A stretch of 64,000 bases of DNA from Chthonomonadales bacterium (GTDB lineage Bacteria > Armatimonadota > Chthonomonadetes > Chthonomonadales > CAJBBX01). Position 1 is the stretch's first letter. Each line of letters opens with the position of its first letter. The stretch lies in contig JBMFSQ010000005.1 in NCBI GenBank assembly GCA_049967475.1, positions 55,172-119,171 of the forward strand, given 5' to 3'. Both the position numbers and the translations under genes were made by a program. Below the pieces are notes generated by a model. That model saw nothing but the letters and a program-made list of their open reading frames with translations. It did no database searches and was not told the DNA's origin. This document shows, piece after piece, positions 1 through 9,069 of the stretch.

Positions 1-157
1 CCTTAAAAACGAAGACGATGCGGCGCGGCTTATGTTCCCCAGCGGCTCCGCCCGCGGAACCCGCCCGCCCAGCCGGAGCTGTGGATGAGCTCTTCCCACA
101 CCCTATCGCCAGCATCGCTCCCAGCACCATCAATCCCGCTCGACATGCCAACCGCAT
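1..157 (-). CDS. Sugar ABC transporter substrate-binding lipoprotein, 5' part (runs off window)
   Basis: Manual translation from ATG 157: MRLACRAGLMVLGAMLAIGCGKSSSTAP...KPRRIVFVFK. Lipobox LAIGC, GGAGG upstream, directly after two RbsC-type permeases. Not in the ORF track. Confidence 0.7.
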   Translation of the reverse strand, partial: MRLACRAGLMVLGAMLAIGCGKSSSTAPAGRAGSAGGAAGEHKPRRIVFVFK

Positions 158-234
158 CTGTCTACCCTCCCAGGTCCTGCTCGTGCTCTTGCGGGTGCTC
201 CATCAACCGAGGCCACCGCTACGGCCCTGTTCCA

Positions 235-1206
235 TTATACGGATGCAGCCCTATTCCGGCGCGTCCTCCACCGATCCACTTCCACAGCCGCCAGCAGCAC
301 CATGCCAAGCACCAATTCTTCCCAGATGCCGGCCTTGCCGTAATCACGCACACCGTTGGCTACGACCCCAATGGTGAGGACCCCCAGAATGGTTCCAATG
401 ATTGTAGCACGCCCGCCGGCTACCGAGGTGCCCCCAACAACCACGGCCGTAATGGCCCGCATCTCAAAGAATCGGCCGGCATCAGGGATTGCCGTAGCGC
501 CCCTCGCTGTAACCACAATTGCCGAGAGGCCGGCGAGAAGGCCGCTGACGACGTACGTCATCAGCTCGGTACGGCGCACTGCCAGCCCACTGAGGCGCGA
601 TGCCTCGCGGTTTCCGCCCAGCGCCTTCACCGCGCGCCCGAACGTACTGAACCGCACGATGGCCCCCACGGTTACCAGGGCGGCAGCGGCGATCCACGCC
701 GGCGTCGGAATACCGAGCCAACTCCCGTACCCGATAGCTATAATGGCATCCGGCAAACCGGAGATGCTTGCACCGTTGCTCAGTACGTAAGCGGCACCCC
801 GAGCTGCAGAATAGGAAGCGAGCGTCGCGATGATGGGGGGCAATCCAAATCCTGCCACTAAAGCGCCGTTGATGAAGCCGCAAAGGGCACCTACAGCCAG
901 CCCGGCGCCGCACGCGAGCCAAACGTTCCACCCCATGTTGACGCAGAGCATGCCGATGACGATGCCGCATAGGCCCACCACCGAACCCACGGAGATGTCA
1001 ATCCCCCCGGTGGCGATTACGAGCGTCATGCCGGCGGCTACGATGCCGATTTCCGCACTGCTCCCAAGAACAGCAGCCAGGTTCCCTGGGGATCGGAAGT
1101 CCGGGAAGCGCCACCCCAGCCACAGGGCCAGCACAACGAGCACCACAGCCACACCGGTCTCCACCGGCAAAGACATGCGCCTGCGTTCTGCCGGAAGGAT
1201 GCTCAC
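235..1206 (-). CDS. Sugar ABC transporter permease (RbsC/BPD_transp_2 family)
   Basis: TGGIDISVGS, FGRAVKALGGNREASRLSG, AVVVGGTSVAGG motifs. GTG start overlaps the upstream stop (GTGA). Confidence 0.9.
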   Translation of the reverse strand: MSILPAERRRMSLPVETGVAVVLVVLALWLGWRFPDFRSPGNLAAVLGSSAEIGIVAAGMTLVIATGGIDISVGSVVGLCGIVIGMLCVNMGWNVWLACGAGLAVGALCGFINGALVAGFGLPPIIATLASYSAARGAAYVLSNGASISGLPDAIIAIGYGSWLGIPTPAWIAAAALVTVGAIVRFSTFGRAVKALGGNREASRLSGLAVRRTELMTYVVSGLLAGLSAIVVTARGATAIPDAGRFFEMRAITAVVVGGTSVAGGRATIIGTILGVLTIGVVANGVRDYGKAGIWEELVLGMVLLAAVEVDRWRTRRNRAASV

Positions 1207-2177
1207 GCCAGCGCCTCCCGACGCATGCGGCGTATCTGTTCTCCCATGGCGGCAGCCAGGATCACCCCACCCGTTACGAGCCCGTATCGCTCCGTCGGCA
1301 CGCCGGAAAGAAACAGGGCATTGCGGAGTACCACAATAATCAGGGCTCCCAACGCCGCGCCGATTACACTCCCCATACCACCCGTTAGGCGTACACCCCC
1401 AATCACCACGGCGGCAATCACTTCCAGTTCCCATCCTTCGGCCAGGTTCCACTGGGCGTTGTTGGCTGCCGCCGACATGATTAGGCCGGAAATGGCCGCG
1501 CACAAACCCGAGAGCATATACACGCGCCGCAAAACCGCATCTACCGGTACACCCGAAAGCCGTACGGCTTCATCGCTGCCGCCGATGGCTACCACGCGCC
1601 TCCCGAAGCGCATCCGCGCCAATACTGCGGCGAAAACCGCCACAACCGCCACGAAGACACCGAAGGGCACGAAGCCTCCGCCTAACATACGGAAGCTTTG
1701 GGGTAGTTGGTTGAATGGCTCCGCCCGCGTTTCGATGTTCGTTACGGCCCGGTAGATGAGGAGGGTGGAGAGCGTGCTGAGGATCGGCGGAAGACGCCGG
1801 TAGGTAATCAGCGCGCCATTAATCCAACCACAGGCTGCGCCCGCCGCGAGCCCAACGGCGCCGGCCGCGGCAACGGGCCACCCAGCCATCATCAGGGAGC
1901 CGGCAGCACATGCCGAAAGAGCCAGGATCGCGCCAACAGATAGGTCAATCCCTCCTGTGAGAATGACCAGAGCCTCGCCGCACGCCATGATGCCGATGAG
2001 GGCGCCTTCCTGCCCTACCTGGGCGAGGTTCGCATACGTATGGAACGATGCCCGCGTCCCAGCAATCCACGCAACTACCAGTGCCAGCATTGCCGCTGCA
2101 GGCAATTCGCGTATGGCGCCGAGTTTGCCCAGCAGGCTTCCACGAGCATCAGTATTCAGTGGGCCACCGGAACTCAC
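1203..2177 (-). CDS. Sugar ABC transporter permease (RbsC family)
   Basis: LTGGIDLSVG, FGRRVVAIGGSDEAVRLSG, ELEVIAAVVIGG motifs; multiple TM helices. Confidence 0.92.
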   Translation of the reverse strand: MSSGGPLNTDARGSLLGKLGAIRELPAAAMLALVVAWIAGTRASFHTYANLAQVGQEGALIGIMACGEALVILTGGIDLSVGAILALSACAAGSLMMAGWPVAAAGAVGLAAGAACGWINGALITYRRLPPILSTLSTLLIYRAVTNIETRAEPFNQLPQSFRMLGGGFVPFGVFVAVVAVFAAVLARMRFGRRVVAIGGSDEAVRLSGVPVDAVLRRVYMLSGLCAAISGLIMSAAANNAQWNLAEGWELEVIAAVVIGGVRLTGGMGSVIGAALGALIIVVLRNALFLSGVPTERYGLVTGGVILAAAMGEQIRRMRREALA

Positions 2178-2241
2178 GTTGGTAACTTCACCCTCAAGAA
2201 CCCGTCTGAGGTCCGCTCACAGCGTCGCGAGCCCCTTCCTG

Positions 2242-3339
2242 CTAACGGCTCACGCGCCCGGATTGAATGCCGCCAGCCAGGGCTTCCACTTCGGCACGTG
2301 TCACGTAGTTGAAGTCTCCTGGGACGGAGTGCTTGAGGCAAGACGCCGCAACGGCGAAGCTCAGAGCGGTGTGCGCATCCGCCAGCTCCGGAGTGTTGAG
2401 CGCGAAAATCAATCCGGCTGCGAAGGCATCTCCCGCTCCCACACGATCTACGATGTTGCGGATCGCGTAGGGCTCGTATCGGCCCTCGGCATTCACGGGA
2501 GCCAACCAGTGCTTCTCCGCTGCGGCATCATAGAGCAATCCACCCCAATTGTTATGGGACGCCGAGATGCTCTGACGAAGCGTAATCGCTACACGACGTA
2601 CGTTGGGAAAGGCCTGGGTAATCTGCCTCGCCACCGACGCATACGCCTCCGCCTCGATGCGCCCCGAGGACACATCCGCTCCTTGTGCCCGGATACCAAG
2701 GACCAACTCCGCATCCTCTTCATTTGCGAACACAAGATCTGTGAGCGGCAAGATGGCTTCCATCGTACGCCGAGCAAGTTCCTGGGGCGGCGTGCCGGGT
2801 TCCCAATTCCACAGTTTCTTGCGGAAATTCAGGTCGCAGGACACGGGGACGCCCGCATCCTTGGCCGCCCTCACAGCCGCCGCAGTGGCATCGGCAGCAT
2901 TGCGCGAGAGCGCCGGGGTAATGCCCGTTACATGGAACCAGTCCGCGCGTGCAAGGATCTTGCCCCATGCGTAATCCGAGGCTGGGGTCTGCATCAATGC
3001 CGAGCCTTCCCTGTCGTACACCACACTTCCCCCGCGCTGATTTGCACCGGTCTCCAAGAAGTAGAGCCCCAGCCGGCCGGTAGAAGTCCGCACGATTGCA
3101 CTCGTGTCTATTCCCAACCCGCGAAGCGTCTTCACACAGGCGTCGGCGATAGGGTTCCGAGGAAGAGCCGTCACCAAACAGGCATCCCCGCCCCAAAGCG
3201 CGATGGAAGCTGCCACGTTGGCTTCGGCTCCAGCAAACGTAATCTCAACCTGGCCCGGCAATGCCTGCATCCAACGCTGGAAGCCGGGCGAAGCGACACG
3301 CCCCATTACCTCTCCGAAGGCCACAACGCGCACAGCCAA
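2242..3339 (-). CDS. PfkB-family sugar kinase (2-keto-3-deoxygluconate kinase-like)
   Basis: FGEVM, GAEANVA, DLNFRKKLW, DRVGAGDAFAAG signatures. Confidence 0.88.
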   Translation of the reverse strand: MAVRVVAFGEVMGRVASPGFQRWMQALPGQVEITFAGAEANVAASIALWGGDACLVTALPRNPIADACVKTLRGLGIDTSAIVRTSTGRLGLYFLETGANQRGGSVVYDREGSALMQTPASDYAWGKILARADWFHVTGITPALSRNAADATAAAVRAAKDAGVPVSCDLNFRKKLWNWEPGTPPQELARRTMEAILPLTDLVFANEEDAELVLGIRAQGADVSSGRIEAEAYASVARQITQAFPNVRRVAITLRQSISASHNNWGGLLYDAAAEKHWLAPVNAEGRYEPYAIRNIVDRVGAGDAFAAGLIFALNTPELADAHTALSFAVAASCLKHSVPGDFNYVTRAEVEALAGGIQSGRVSR

Positions 3340-3387
3340 CCCCCTCCTTCAACAACAGCCGCGCCTCCGGCGAACCAGCCGCCATCG

Positions 3388-3867
3388 TCAACCCAAAGCG
3401 CGCACCGCCTCAAGCACCTTGGCGGCGTGCCCCGACACGCTCACCTTGGCAAACACACGACGCACAATCCCGTCCCGGTCAATCACAAAGGTGGTGCGCT
3501 CGACACCCATATAGGTGCGCCCCATAAAGGATTTCTGCTTCCAAACACCGTATGCATCCGCTACGGCGTGGTCTACGTCACACAGAAGCAGGAACGGGAT
3601 CTCGTGCTTCTGGGCAAAGCGCGCTTGTTTCTTCACGTCATCGGGACTAACGCCCAACACTTCGGCGCCCGCGGATTGAAATTGCCCATACAGGTCGCGG
3701 AAGTCTTTTGCCTCTACGGTACAGCCCGGGGTCTCAGCCTTTGGGTAGAAGTAGAGTACAACGATGCGGTTGCCCCGGTAGCTGCTGAGAACGACCGGCT
3801 TCCCATTATGGGCAACCAGGGTAAAATCCGGCGCCAGGGAGCCTTCTGTAGGCGGCGCGCTATCCAT
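3388..3867 (-). CDS. bcp: Peroxiredoxin Bcp/PrxQ
   Basis: YFYPKAETPGCTVEA (PxxxTxxC) and ERTTFVID. Confidence 0.9.
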   Translation of the reverse strand: MDSAPPTEGSLAPDFTLVAHNGKPVVLSSYRGNRIVVLYFYPKAETPGCTVEAKDFRDLYGQFQSAGAEVLGVSPDDVKKQARFAQKHEIPFLLLCDVDHAVADAYGVWKQKSFMGRTYMGVERTTFVIDRDGIVRRVFAKVSVSGHAAKVLEAVRALG

Positions 3868-3898
3868 GTGTCGTGTCCTCCCGATATGCGCGTATCGG

Positions 3899-4639
3899 CT
3901 AGAGAGTGAACTCGCGGTCCGACAGTCCCACGTTGACGCGAATGTCCTTGTATTCGGTAATGCCCGCAATGACGCGATCCGTATTCTGCACTTCGATGCG
4001 GGTAGGAAACCAGATGCCCGGAGCCACCTCTTTTACATCCTTGTAATAGTAGATCGCTTGAAGTTTGCCTGTTTGACTGTACGCCTCACGCTTGCGGACC
4101 ACCTTTGTGCGAGGATCTATGTACACCATCTGGTGGCTCGTGTCGTCCCGATCCTTATATTGGAGGCGGAAGACAGCACACGGTGTTCCATCCACGCTGC
4201 CCTCCCGAACAAACTGCCCCTCGGTGTAGGTGAGGTAGTACTCCGAAATGAGACCCACATCCATGAGGGACTTGCGCTTCCCCGGGGCATTGCCGAAATC
4301 TCGTCGCGTTTGGAGGTGGATCTTGGGGATGGCCACCCACTGGATGGGGCCATTGACGATATAGAGGCCCTTGGCCCCATCTAAGGATCCCTCGATGCGC
4401 ACCTTGTTGGGCTCCTTGTAGCTCATGGTGACTTCGTGGAAGCGGTACAGGAAGCCGGCATCCCTGCTGATCTTACCCAGTTCGCGTTGGTCGGCTTTCA
4501 CTACCACCATCTTGGCTGTGAAGTCGTCCAGCTTCTCACACACGTAGTGCCGGATATTCGTGTCTATGGCTTTTGCGGATTGGGCCGCGAAGATGGTTGC
4601 CAATGCCATTGCCGCCGCCCAAGTGCCGTGTCTGTGCAT
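3899..4639 (-). CDS. Exported LolA-like / outer membrane lipoprotein-sorting protein
   Basis: Signal peptide (AQSAKA); C-terminal GIWFPTRIEV...NVGLSDREF typical of the LolA-like fold. Confidence 0.65.
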   Translation of the reverse strand: MHRHGTWAAAMALATIFAAQSAKAIDTNIRHYVCEKLDDFTAKMVVVKADQRELGKISRDAGFLYRFHEVTMSYKEPNKVRIEGSLDGAKGLYIVNGPIQWVAIPKIHLQTRRDFGNAPGKRKSLMDVGLISEYYLTYTEGQFVREGSVDGTPCAVFRLQYKDRDDTSHQMVYIDPRTKVVRKREAYSQTGKLQAIYYYKDVKEVAPGIWFPTRIEVQNTDRVIAGITEYKDIRVNVGLSDREFTL

Positions 4640-4836
4640 CTGTAGTTACCTTCCCGATTGAAGCGGATCTTCCCGCGGCGCCGACATGTGGGCTTCCTGC
4701 CGCAGGGGTCGGGCGATGCCCGATATCATTGTAGACGATCACAGGCGGGTTTCGGTGCGAGACCTTAGGAGGAGCGCATCGAGGAAGCACAATAAAGCGG
4801 CCGGCACATGTGCCGGCCGCTTCTCCGCGCCTTTGG

Positions 4837-5358
4837 CTACTGTGACCTAAACGGGCAGTAAGGGTTCGGGCCGGTGCCGTTTCGAGGACCCATCCCCCGC
4901 CCGCCGCGCGGCCCCTTCGGGCCGGTGCCATCGCAAACGCCGTACGGGGCGGGAATGCCCATGCCGCGAATCAATGCCTCGTTCTTCTGCGTCACCGACT
5001 GAAGTTCTGCTTGCAGATTGAGGATCTTCTGCTGTTGGGCAGCAATCTCCTTGGCCGGAGCCTTGCGCGCCTGCATCGCCCACAGATCGGCCCTCGCAGA
5101 CCGCAGCGCGTTGTGCAGTTCGGTTACGCGCGCCACCAGCGCTTTTTCCTCGGCCGTGCGAGGCGTCACGCGCGTCCACCAACCGCCTCCAGCGAAGGCC
5201 ATACCGTTACCGGCACGCAGGCAGGCGCCTCTACCCGCACCTGGGCCGAAGCCGCCCATGCGGCCACGCCCCTGAGCCCACACCGCTCCGAATGTGCTCG
5301 CTGCCAGCGCCCCTATGCCCACCAGGGTCATTACCCAACGTGCTGTTCTCATCGCCAT
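4837..5358 (-). CDS. Exported Gly-rich coiled-coil protein (Spy/CpxP/ZraP-like) with C-terminal CDGTGP motif
   Basis: RBS GAAGGAG, signal peptide (AVWA), central coiled coil, tail GVCDGTGP...GTGPNPYCP. Confidence 0.55.
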   Translation of the reverse strand: MAMRTARWVMTLVGIGALAASTFGAVWAQGRGRMGGFGPGAGRGACLRAGNGMAFAGGGWWTRVTPRTAEEKALVARVTELHNALRSARADLWAMQARKAPAKEIAAQQQKILNLQAELQSVTQKNEALIRGMGIPAPYGVCDGTGPKGPRGGRGMGPRNGTGPNPYCPFRSQ

Positions 5359-5459
5359 CTCCTTCCGCTCCTCGTCGGAGCACCTGGTATGTTGCTTCAC
5401 TTTCAGGACGACGCAGCCGGCCTGGCGTTCCCGGTTGGCGGTTCACTCTTTGCACCTGC

Positions 5460-5798
5460 TCAGTGCGTGCAGGCGTTCTCTCCCGGTTGAAGCCGCCCTT
5501 CGGCAAAACTCAGAGCCAATTGCTCCGGAGTTCCTACCGACACGCCGGCGATTACGGTAACTCCGTAATCTTCCAGGAGCACCCGCGCCCGCGACCCGAT
5601 CCCCCCGGTAATGAGCACGTCCGCCCCTAGCTCGTGAAGCATCCTGGGCAGGAGGCCCGGCTCATGGGGCGGCGTCTTCACCATCTGCACACCCGATATC
5701 GCTTTGATTTCGGGGTCCACGTCTACCACAGCCAGCGCCTCACAATGACCAAAATGCTGGCATACACGACCGCTCACTGTCGGCACTACGATCCTCAT
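5460..5798 (-). CDS. NifB/NifX-family (Nitro_FeMo-Co domain) protein
   Basis: MRIVVP...CQHFGHC, PPHEPG, ITGGIG, terminal NACTH. Confidence 0.85.
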   Translation of the reverse strand: MRIVVPTVSGRVCQHFGHCEALAVVDVDPEIKAISGVQMVKTPPHEPGLLPRMLHELGADVLITGGIGSRARVLLEDYGVTVIAGVSVGTPEQLALSFAEGRLQPGENACTH

Positions 5799-5869
5799 TT
5801 CGTTCCCCTTTCGATCCTTCGTCGCTGCTTCATTTCTCCTTCTGCGTCGAAAACGGACGCAGGGTCCGT

Positions 5870-6751
5870 TTAGTTCGGTAATCCCAGTATCCTCTGCTCC
5901 ACGTTCTGCCAAACCCGCTCGACTGCCCTAGAAGCGCCGCCGTCATATTCCACGATGCTTCTGCCCTCAATCTGAGCGCGCGTGAACAGAGGGTCGTAGG
6001 GCACGCGGCCCAACACATCCAAGCCGCCCGCCGCAGCCCAGCGCTCGATTTGGTCTGCCACCGCCATATTGAGATCCGCCTCGTTTACTACAACGCCGGC
6101 AGGGATCCCCATCTGGCCTACGACGGCGGCAATGCGCTCGAGGTCATGCACGCCGGACACCGTGGGCTCGGCGATTAGGACGGCATAGGCAGATCCAGTC
6201 ACGGCCGATATGGCAGGGCAACCTACGCCGGGCGGGCCGTCGGTGATGAGAAGTTCAAGGCCTTCATCCTCTGCGGCTTCCCGACCATGGCGGCGAAGGA
6301 GTTCCACCAGGCGGCCTGAATTCTCGGCTCCCGCCCTGAGCCGGGCGTGAAAGAATGGCCCAAACCGCGTCTTCGACCGGAACCACACGCCGTTCTCCAC
6401 CTCCCGCATCGAAACGGCGCCTGCCGGGCAAAACCGCGCACAGACCCTGCATCCTTCACACGCAAAGGGATCCACTTGGGGGATGAAGCGGTCGTTTGGC
6501 CGGATAGCCCCAAAACGGCAGAGTTCCATGCAGAGTCCGCATTGCCCACAGCGGTGCGGATCTACCACGGCGACGCTGCTCTCCGCAAAGGCAACGGTTT
6601 CCTGGACCTCCGGCGCCAACACAAGGTGCAGATCCGCAGCATCCACGTCACAGTCGGTGATGGCGCACCGCCCGGCCAGGTTTACGAAGGCCGCGGCGAA
6701 GGAAGTCTTGCCCGTGCCGCCTTTGCCGCTGAGAACTACAAGTTCCTTCAT
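5870..6751 (-). CDS. MinD-superfamily P-loop ATPase with inserted 2x[4Fe-4S] ferredoxin (COG1149)
   Basis: SGKGGTGKT, DCDVDAADL, CGQCGLCMELC, CEGCRVCARFCP, DGPPGVGCP. Confidence 0.9.
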   Translation of the reverse strand: MKELVVLSGKGGTGKTSFAAAFVNLAGRCAITDCDVDAADLHLVLAPEVQETVAFAESSVAVVDPHRCGQCGLCMELCRFGAIRPNDRFIPQVDPFACEGCRVCARFCPAGAVSMREVENGVWFRSKTRFGPFFHARLRAGAENSGRLVELLRRHGREAAEDEGLELLITDGPPGVGCPAISAVTGSAYAVLIAEPTVSGVHDLERIAAVVGQMGIPAGVVVNEADLNMAVADQIERWAAAGGLDVLGRVPYDPLFTRAQIEGRSIVEYDGGASRAVERVWQNVEQRILGLPN

Positions 6752-7593
6752 GAAGCTGCCCCCGATTGGATTTTCGCAGCCAGCGCTTCACACGCCCTTG
6801 CAAACTCGGGAACTACGCTTAGCACATTCCGGCCGCATGAATACGCTTCGGCGATGCGGCGATCGAATGGGATGCGCTCCCAGATGGGAAGGTGGTGCGC
6901 CTCACAGAAACGCTCCACACCGTCGTCTCCTGAGCCGCAGCGGTTCATGATGACTGCTGCCCGCAAGCCAAGGAGCCGTACAAGCTCCGCCGCGATCTCC
7001 AAGTCATTCAGACCGAACGGCGTCGGTTCGGTCACCAATAATACGAGGTCGGCTCCCCGCACAGCAGCCACAACGGAGCAAGAGGCGCCCGGCGGCGCAT
7101 CCACGATCACGAACGGGTGAGAATGAGCCCGCTTTCGCACGGCTTCGATCAGCGGAGGGACCAAACGGGCTCCCAGGGCAAGCCTTCCGTGCACAAACGA
7201 AATGGGCCCCGAGGTTCCCGCTTCCACCACGCCGATTTCACGATCTACCCACGATATGGCGCGTTTGGGACACACAAGCGCACATCCACCGCAGCTATGG
7301 CACAGTTCGTCGAATACCAGCAGCCTGGAACCGGCCACCGCCAGTGCGTTGAATGCGCAGAAGCTGCTGCATTCGCCACAAAGGCTGCAGAGGGAAGCGT
7401 CAATTCTTGGTATGGGCAGCCGAATTGGTTCGCGAACGGAAAGGTCTGGTTTCAGGAAAAGATGGCCGTTGGGCTCTTCCACATCGCAATCTGCGTATTG
7501 CACCGCAGCACTCCGGGACAGCACTCGCGCCAAACTTACACTCAACAGCGTTTTGCCTGTGCCGCCCTTGCCGCTTGCTATTGCCACAATCAC
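6748..7593 (-). CDS. MinD-superfamily P-loop ATPase with inserted 2x[4Fe-4S] ferredoxin (COG1149), second paralog
   Basis: ASGKGGTGKT, DCDVEEPN, CSLCGECSSFC, CHSCGGCALVCP, EPTPFGLNDL; ATGA overlap with next gene. Confidence 0.9.
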   Translation of the reverse strand: MIVAIASGKGGTGKTLLSVSLARVLSRSAAVQYADCDVEEPNGHLFLKPDLSVREPIRLPIPRIDASLCSLCGECSSFCAFNALAVAGSRLLVFDELCHSCGGCALVCPKRAISWVDREIGVVEAGTSGPISFVHGRLALGARLVPPLIEAVRKRAHSHPFVIVDAPPGASCSVVAAVRGADLVLLVTEPTPFGLNDLEIAAELVRLLGLRAAVIMNRCGSGDDGVERFCEAHHLPIWERIPFDRRIAEAYSCGRNVLSVVPEFARACEALAAKIQSGAAS

Positions 7594-7714
7594 TGCCTGC
7601 AACCGCCTCCTTCCAATACGCTCCAGCACATCGTTCGCCCGCTTCGGCACGAGGGGTGAGGCGCCGGGCGCGTGCGGAATGCGCCTCCCCCACTCGTGCT
7701 TCACCGAAGGGGTT

Positions 7715-8014
7715 CTATCCCTCCGGCTTCTTGGCCTGGTCCAGACGTTGCCTTACCGCAGCAAGTTGCCGCTCGAGCAACTCGGCCTGCTGTTCCAGCA
7801 AGGCCGTGTCGTCTGTTTGGGCAGTAGGCACCGCCGGTGCGAACCAGCGCCCTGACCGGCGCATCCCCCAACCAAGGCCCAAACCGAGACCAAGCCCAAG
7901 ACCCCGGCCTCGTCCGAACCAGCCCGCAACAGGCTGCTGCCCTGCGCACCGGCCCAGACCTCGACCCGTTAAGGGCCCTTGTCCCATAGGTCCTGTACCA
8001 TCCAGTCGTGGCAT
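7715..8014 (-). CDS. DUF5320-family small protein
   Basis: MPRLDGTGPMGQGPLTGRGLGRC, Gly/Arg-rich middle, C-terminal coiled coil. Confidence 0.8.
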   Translation of the reverse strand: MPRLDGTGPMGQGPLTGRGLGRCAGQQPVAGWFGRGRGLGLGLGLGLGWGMRRSGRWFAPAVPTAQTDDTALLEQQAELLERQLAAVRQRLDQAKKPEG

Positions 8015-8076
8015 TGTTGTGCTCCTTTCTGCCTCCGGCGTGGAGGCTGTGTTCGCTGGTGTGGGAATCCTTAGAT

Positions 8077-8436
8077 CTACCACGGTCCGTCGCGATCCGG
8101 CCCGGATGCCGGCGCGATCTCGCCGCGAAGGAACCGCTGCACGGCTTCCGTCACCGATCCTGTTACCCCCGTGCACACCTTTATCCCGGCTTCAGTCAAA
8201 ACCTGGAATGCGCGCGGGCCGCAGCTTCCTGTCAGCAGCACGGCGGCGCCGGATGCCGCAATCTGCTCCGCAGCCCGCACCCCGGCTCCGTGCGATGCCG
8301 CGCGGCCTTGGGTATTTTCCAGCGCCTGCCATGTAGCTGCATCGGTGTCGTAAACCATGTAGAACGCACCCCGGCCAAAGCGGGGGTCCACAGAAGCCGT
8401 GGCATCAGGGCGAGACGCCGTTACCGCGATCTTCAT
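8077..8436 (-). CDS. NifB/NifX-family protein
   Basis: MKIAVTA...VDPRFGR, HGAGVRAA, LTGSCGPRAF. Confidence 0.88.
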   Translation of the reverse strand: MKIAVTASRPDATASVDPRFGRGAFYMVYDTDAATWQALENTQGRAASHGAGVRAAEQIAASGAAVLLTGSCGPRAFQVLTEAGIKVCTGVTGSVTEAVQRFLRGEIAPASGPDRDGPW

Positions 8437-8453
8437 CAGATGCTCCTTCCAGC

Positions 8454-8501
8454 TAGATGTGTCTTGCATCTATAATGCCACATCTGCCATAATGCTGTCA
8501 A
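8454..8501. promoter_or_regulatory. Divergent promoter region with palindrome TAGATG-N7-CATCTA (candidate PadR operator)
   Basis: Inverted repeat 8454-8472; minus-strand TTGACA at 8501-8496; plus-strand TATAAT at 8471-8476. Confidence 0.45.
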
Positions 8502-8624
8502 GGGTTCCCGCAAACGGTTTTTTGGGTAACCGGCACGCACCGATACCCCAGCCGAACACCGTGCCGTATCCTTCAACCCGGATCGGCGGGAACAGAGGTT
8601 CGAGGCGCGAAAGGAGCACAAACC

Positions 8625-9044
8625 ATGCCACGCGGCTTTTGCAGACGGCACGGCCCAAACCGTGTCTGCTCGTGCGCCATGGGGAACCTATACCGCTTCG
8701 TGGAACCCGTGGTGCTCTTTCTCCTTCGCCAGCGCGGCCGATCCTATGGCTACGAGCTGGGCAAAGCCCTCCAGGAACACGCCCTCACCGACGCAGAAGT
8801 AGATCGCGCCGCCCTCTACCGCACCCTCATGACACTGGAAGAAAACGGATACGTGTCGTCTGAATGGGACACAACAGGCCCCGGTCCCGCCCGGCATCTC
8901 TATAAGATCACCCCCGCGGGAGAAGCACACCTTGAGGAGTGGCTCACCGTGCTGGAGAATATGGTGCAGAGCATGCAGCGTTTCCTTGCTCAGGCACGCG
9001 CGGTGTCCGATGCGCAGGATCGAGCGGATCTTTCACAAAAATGA
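8625..9044 (+). CDS. PadR-family transcriptional regulator with Cys/His-rich N-terminus
   Basis: SYGYEL, ALYRTL...LEENGYV, GPARHLYKITPAG; RBS AAGGAG before ATG 8625. Confidence 0.88.
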   Translation: MPRGFCRRHGPNRVCSCAMGNLYRFVEPVVLFLLRQRGRSYGYELGKALQEHALTDAEVDRAALYRTLMTLEENGYVSSEWDTTGPGPARHLYKITPAGEAHLEEWLTVLENMVQSMQRFLAQARAVSDAQDRADLSQK

Positions 9045-9069
9045 CCTATCAGGAGGTTGGGAAACGTTC

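Noticed and set aside
1957..3909. 650-aa plus-strand ORF and similar long ORFs (21285-22925, 24864-26444, 36953-38428, 55809-57155, 61409-62686)
   Set aside because: Antisense shadows of well-supported genes; expected in high-GC DNA and carry no recognisable motifs.
7647..7699. Intergenic stem-loop within the NifX operon
   Set aside because: Single GC-rich hairpin with no recognisable aptamer motif; probably an mRNA stability or attenuation element.
5460..8436. Nitrogen fixation cluster
   Set aside because: NifB/NifX-domain proteins also occur outside nif clusters; no nifH/D/K/E/N here, and the ATPases are COG1149, not NifH.
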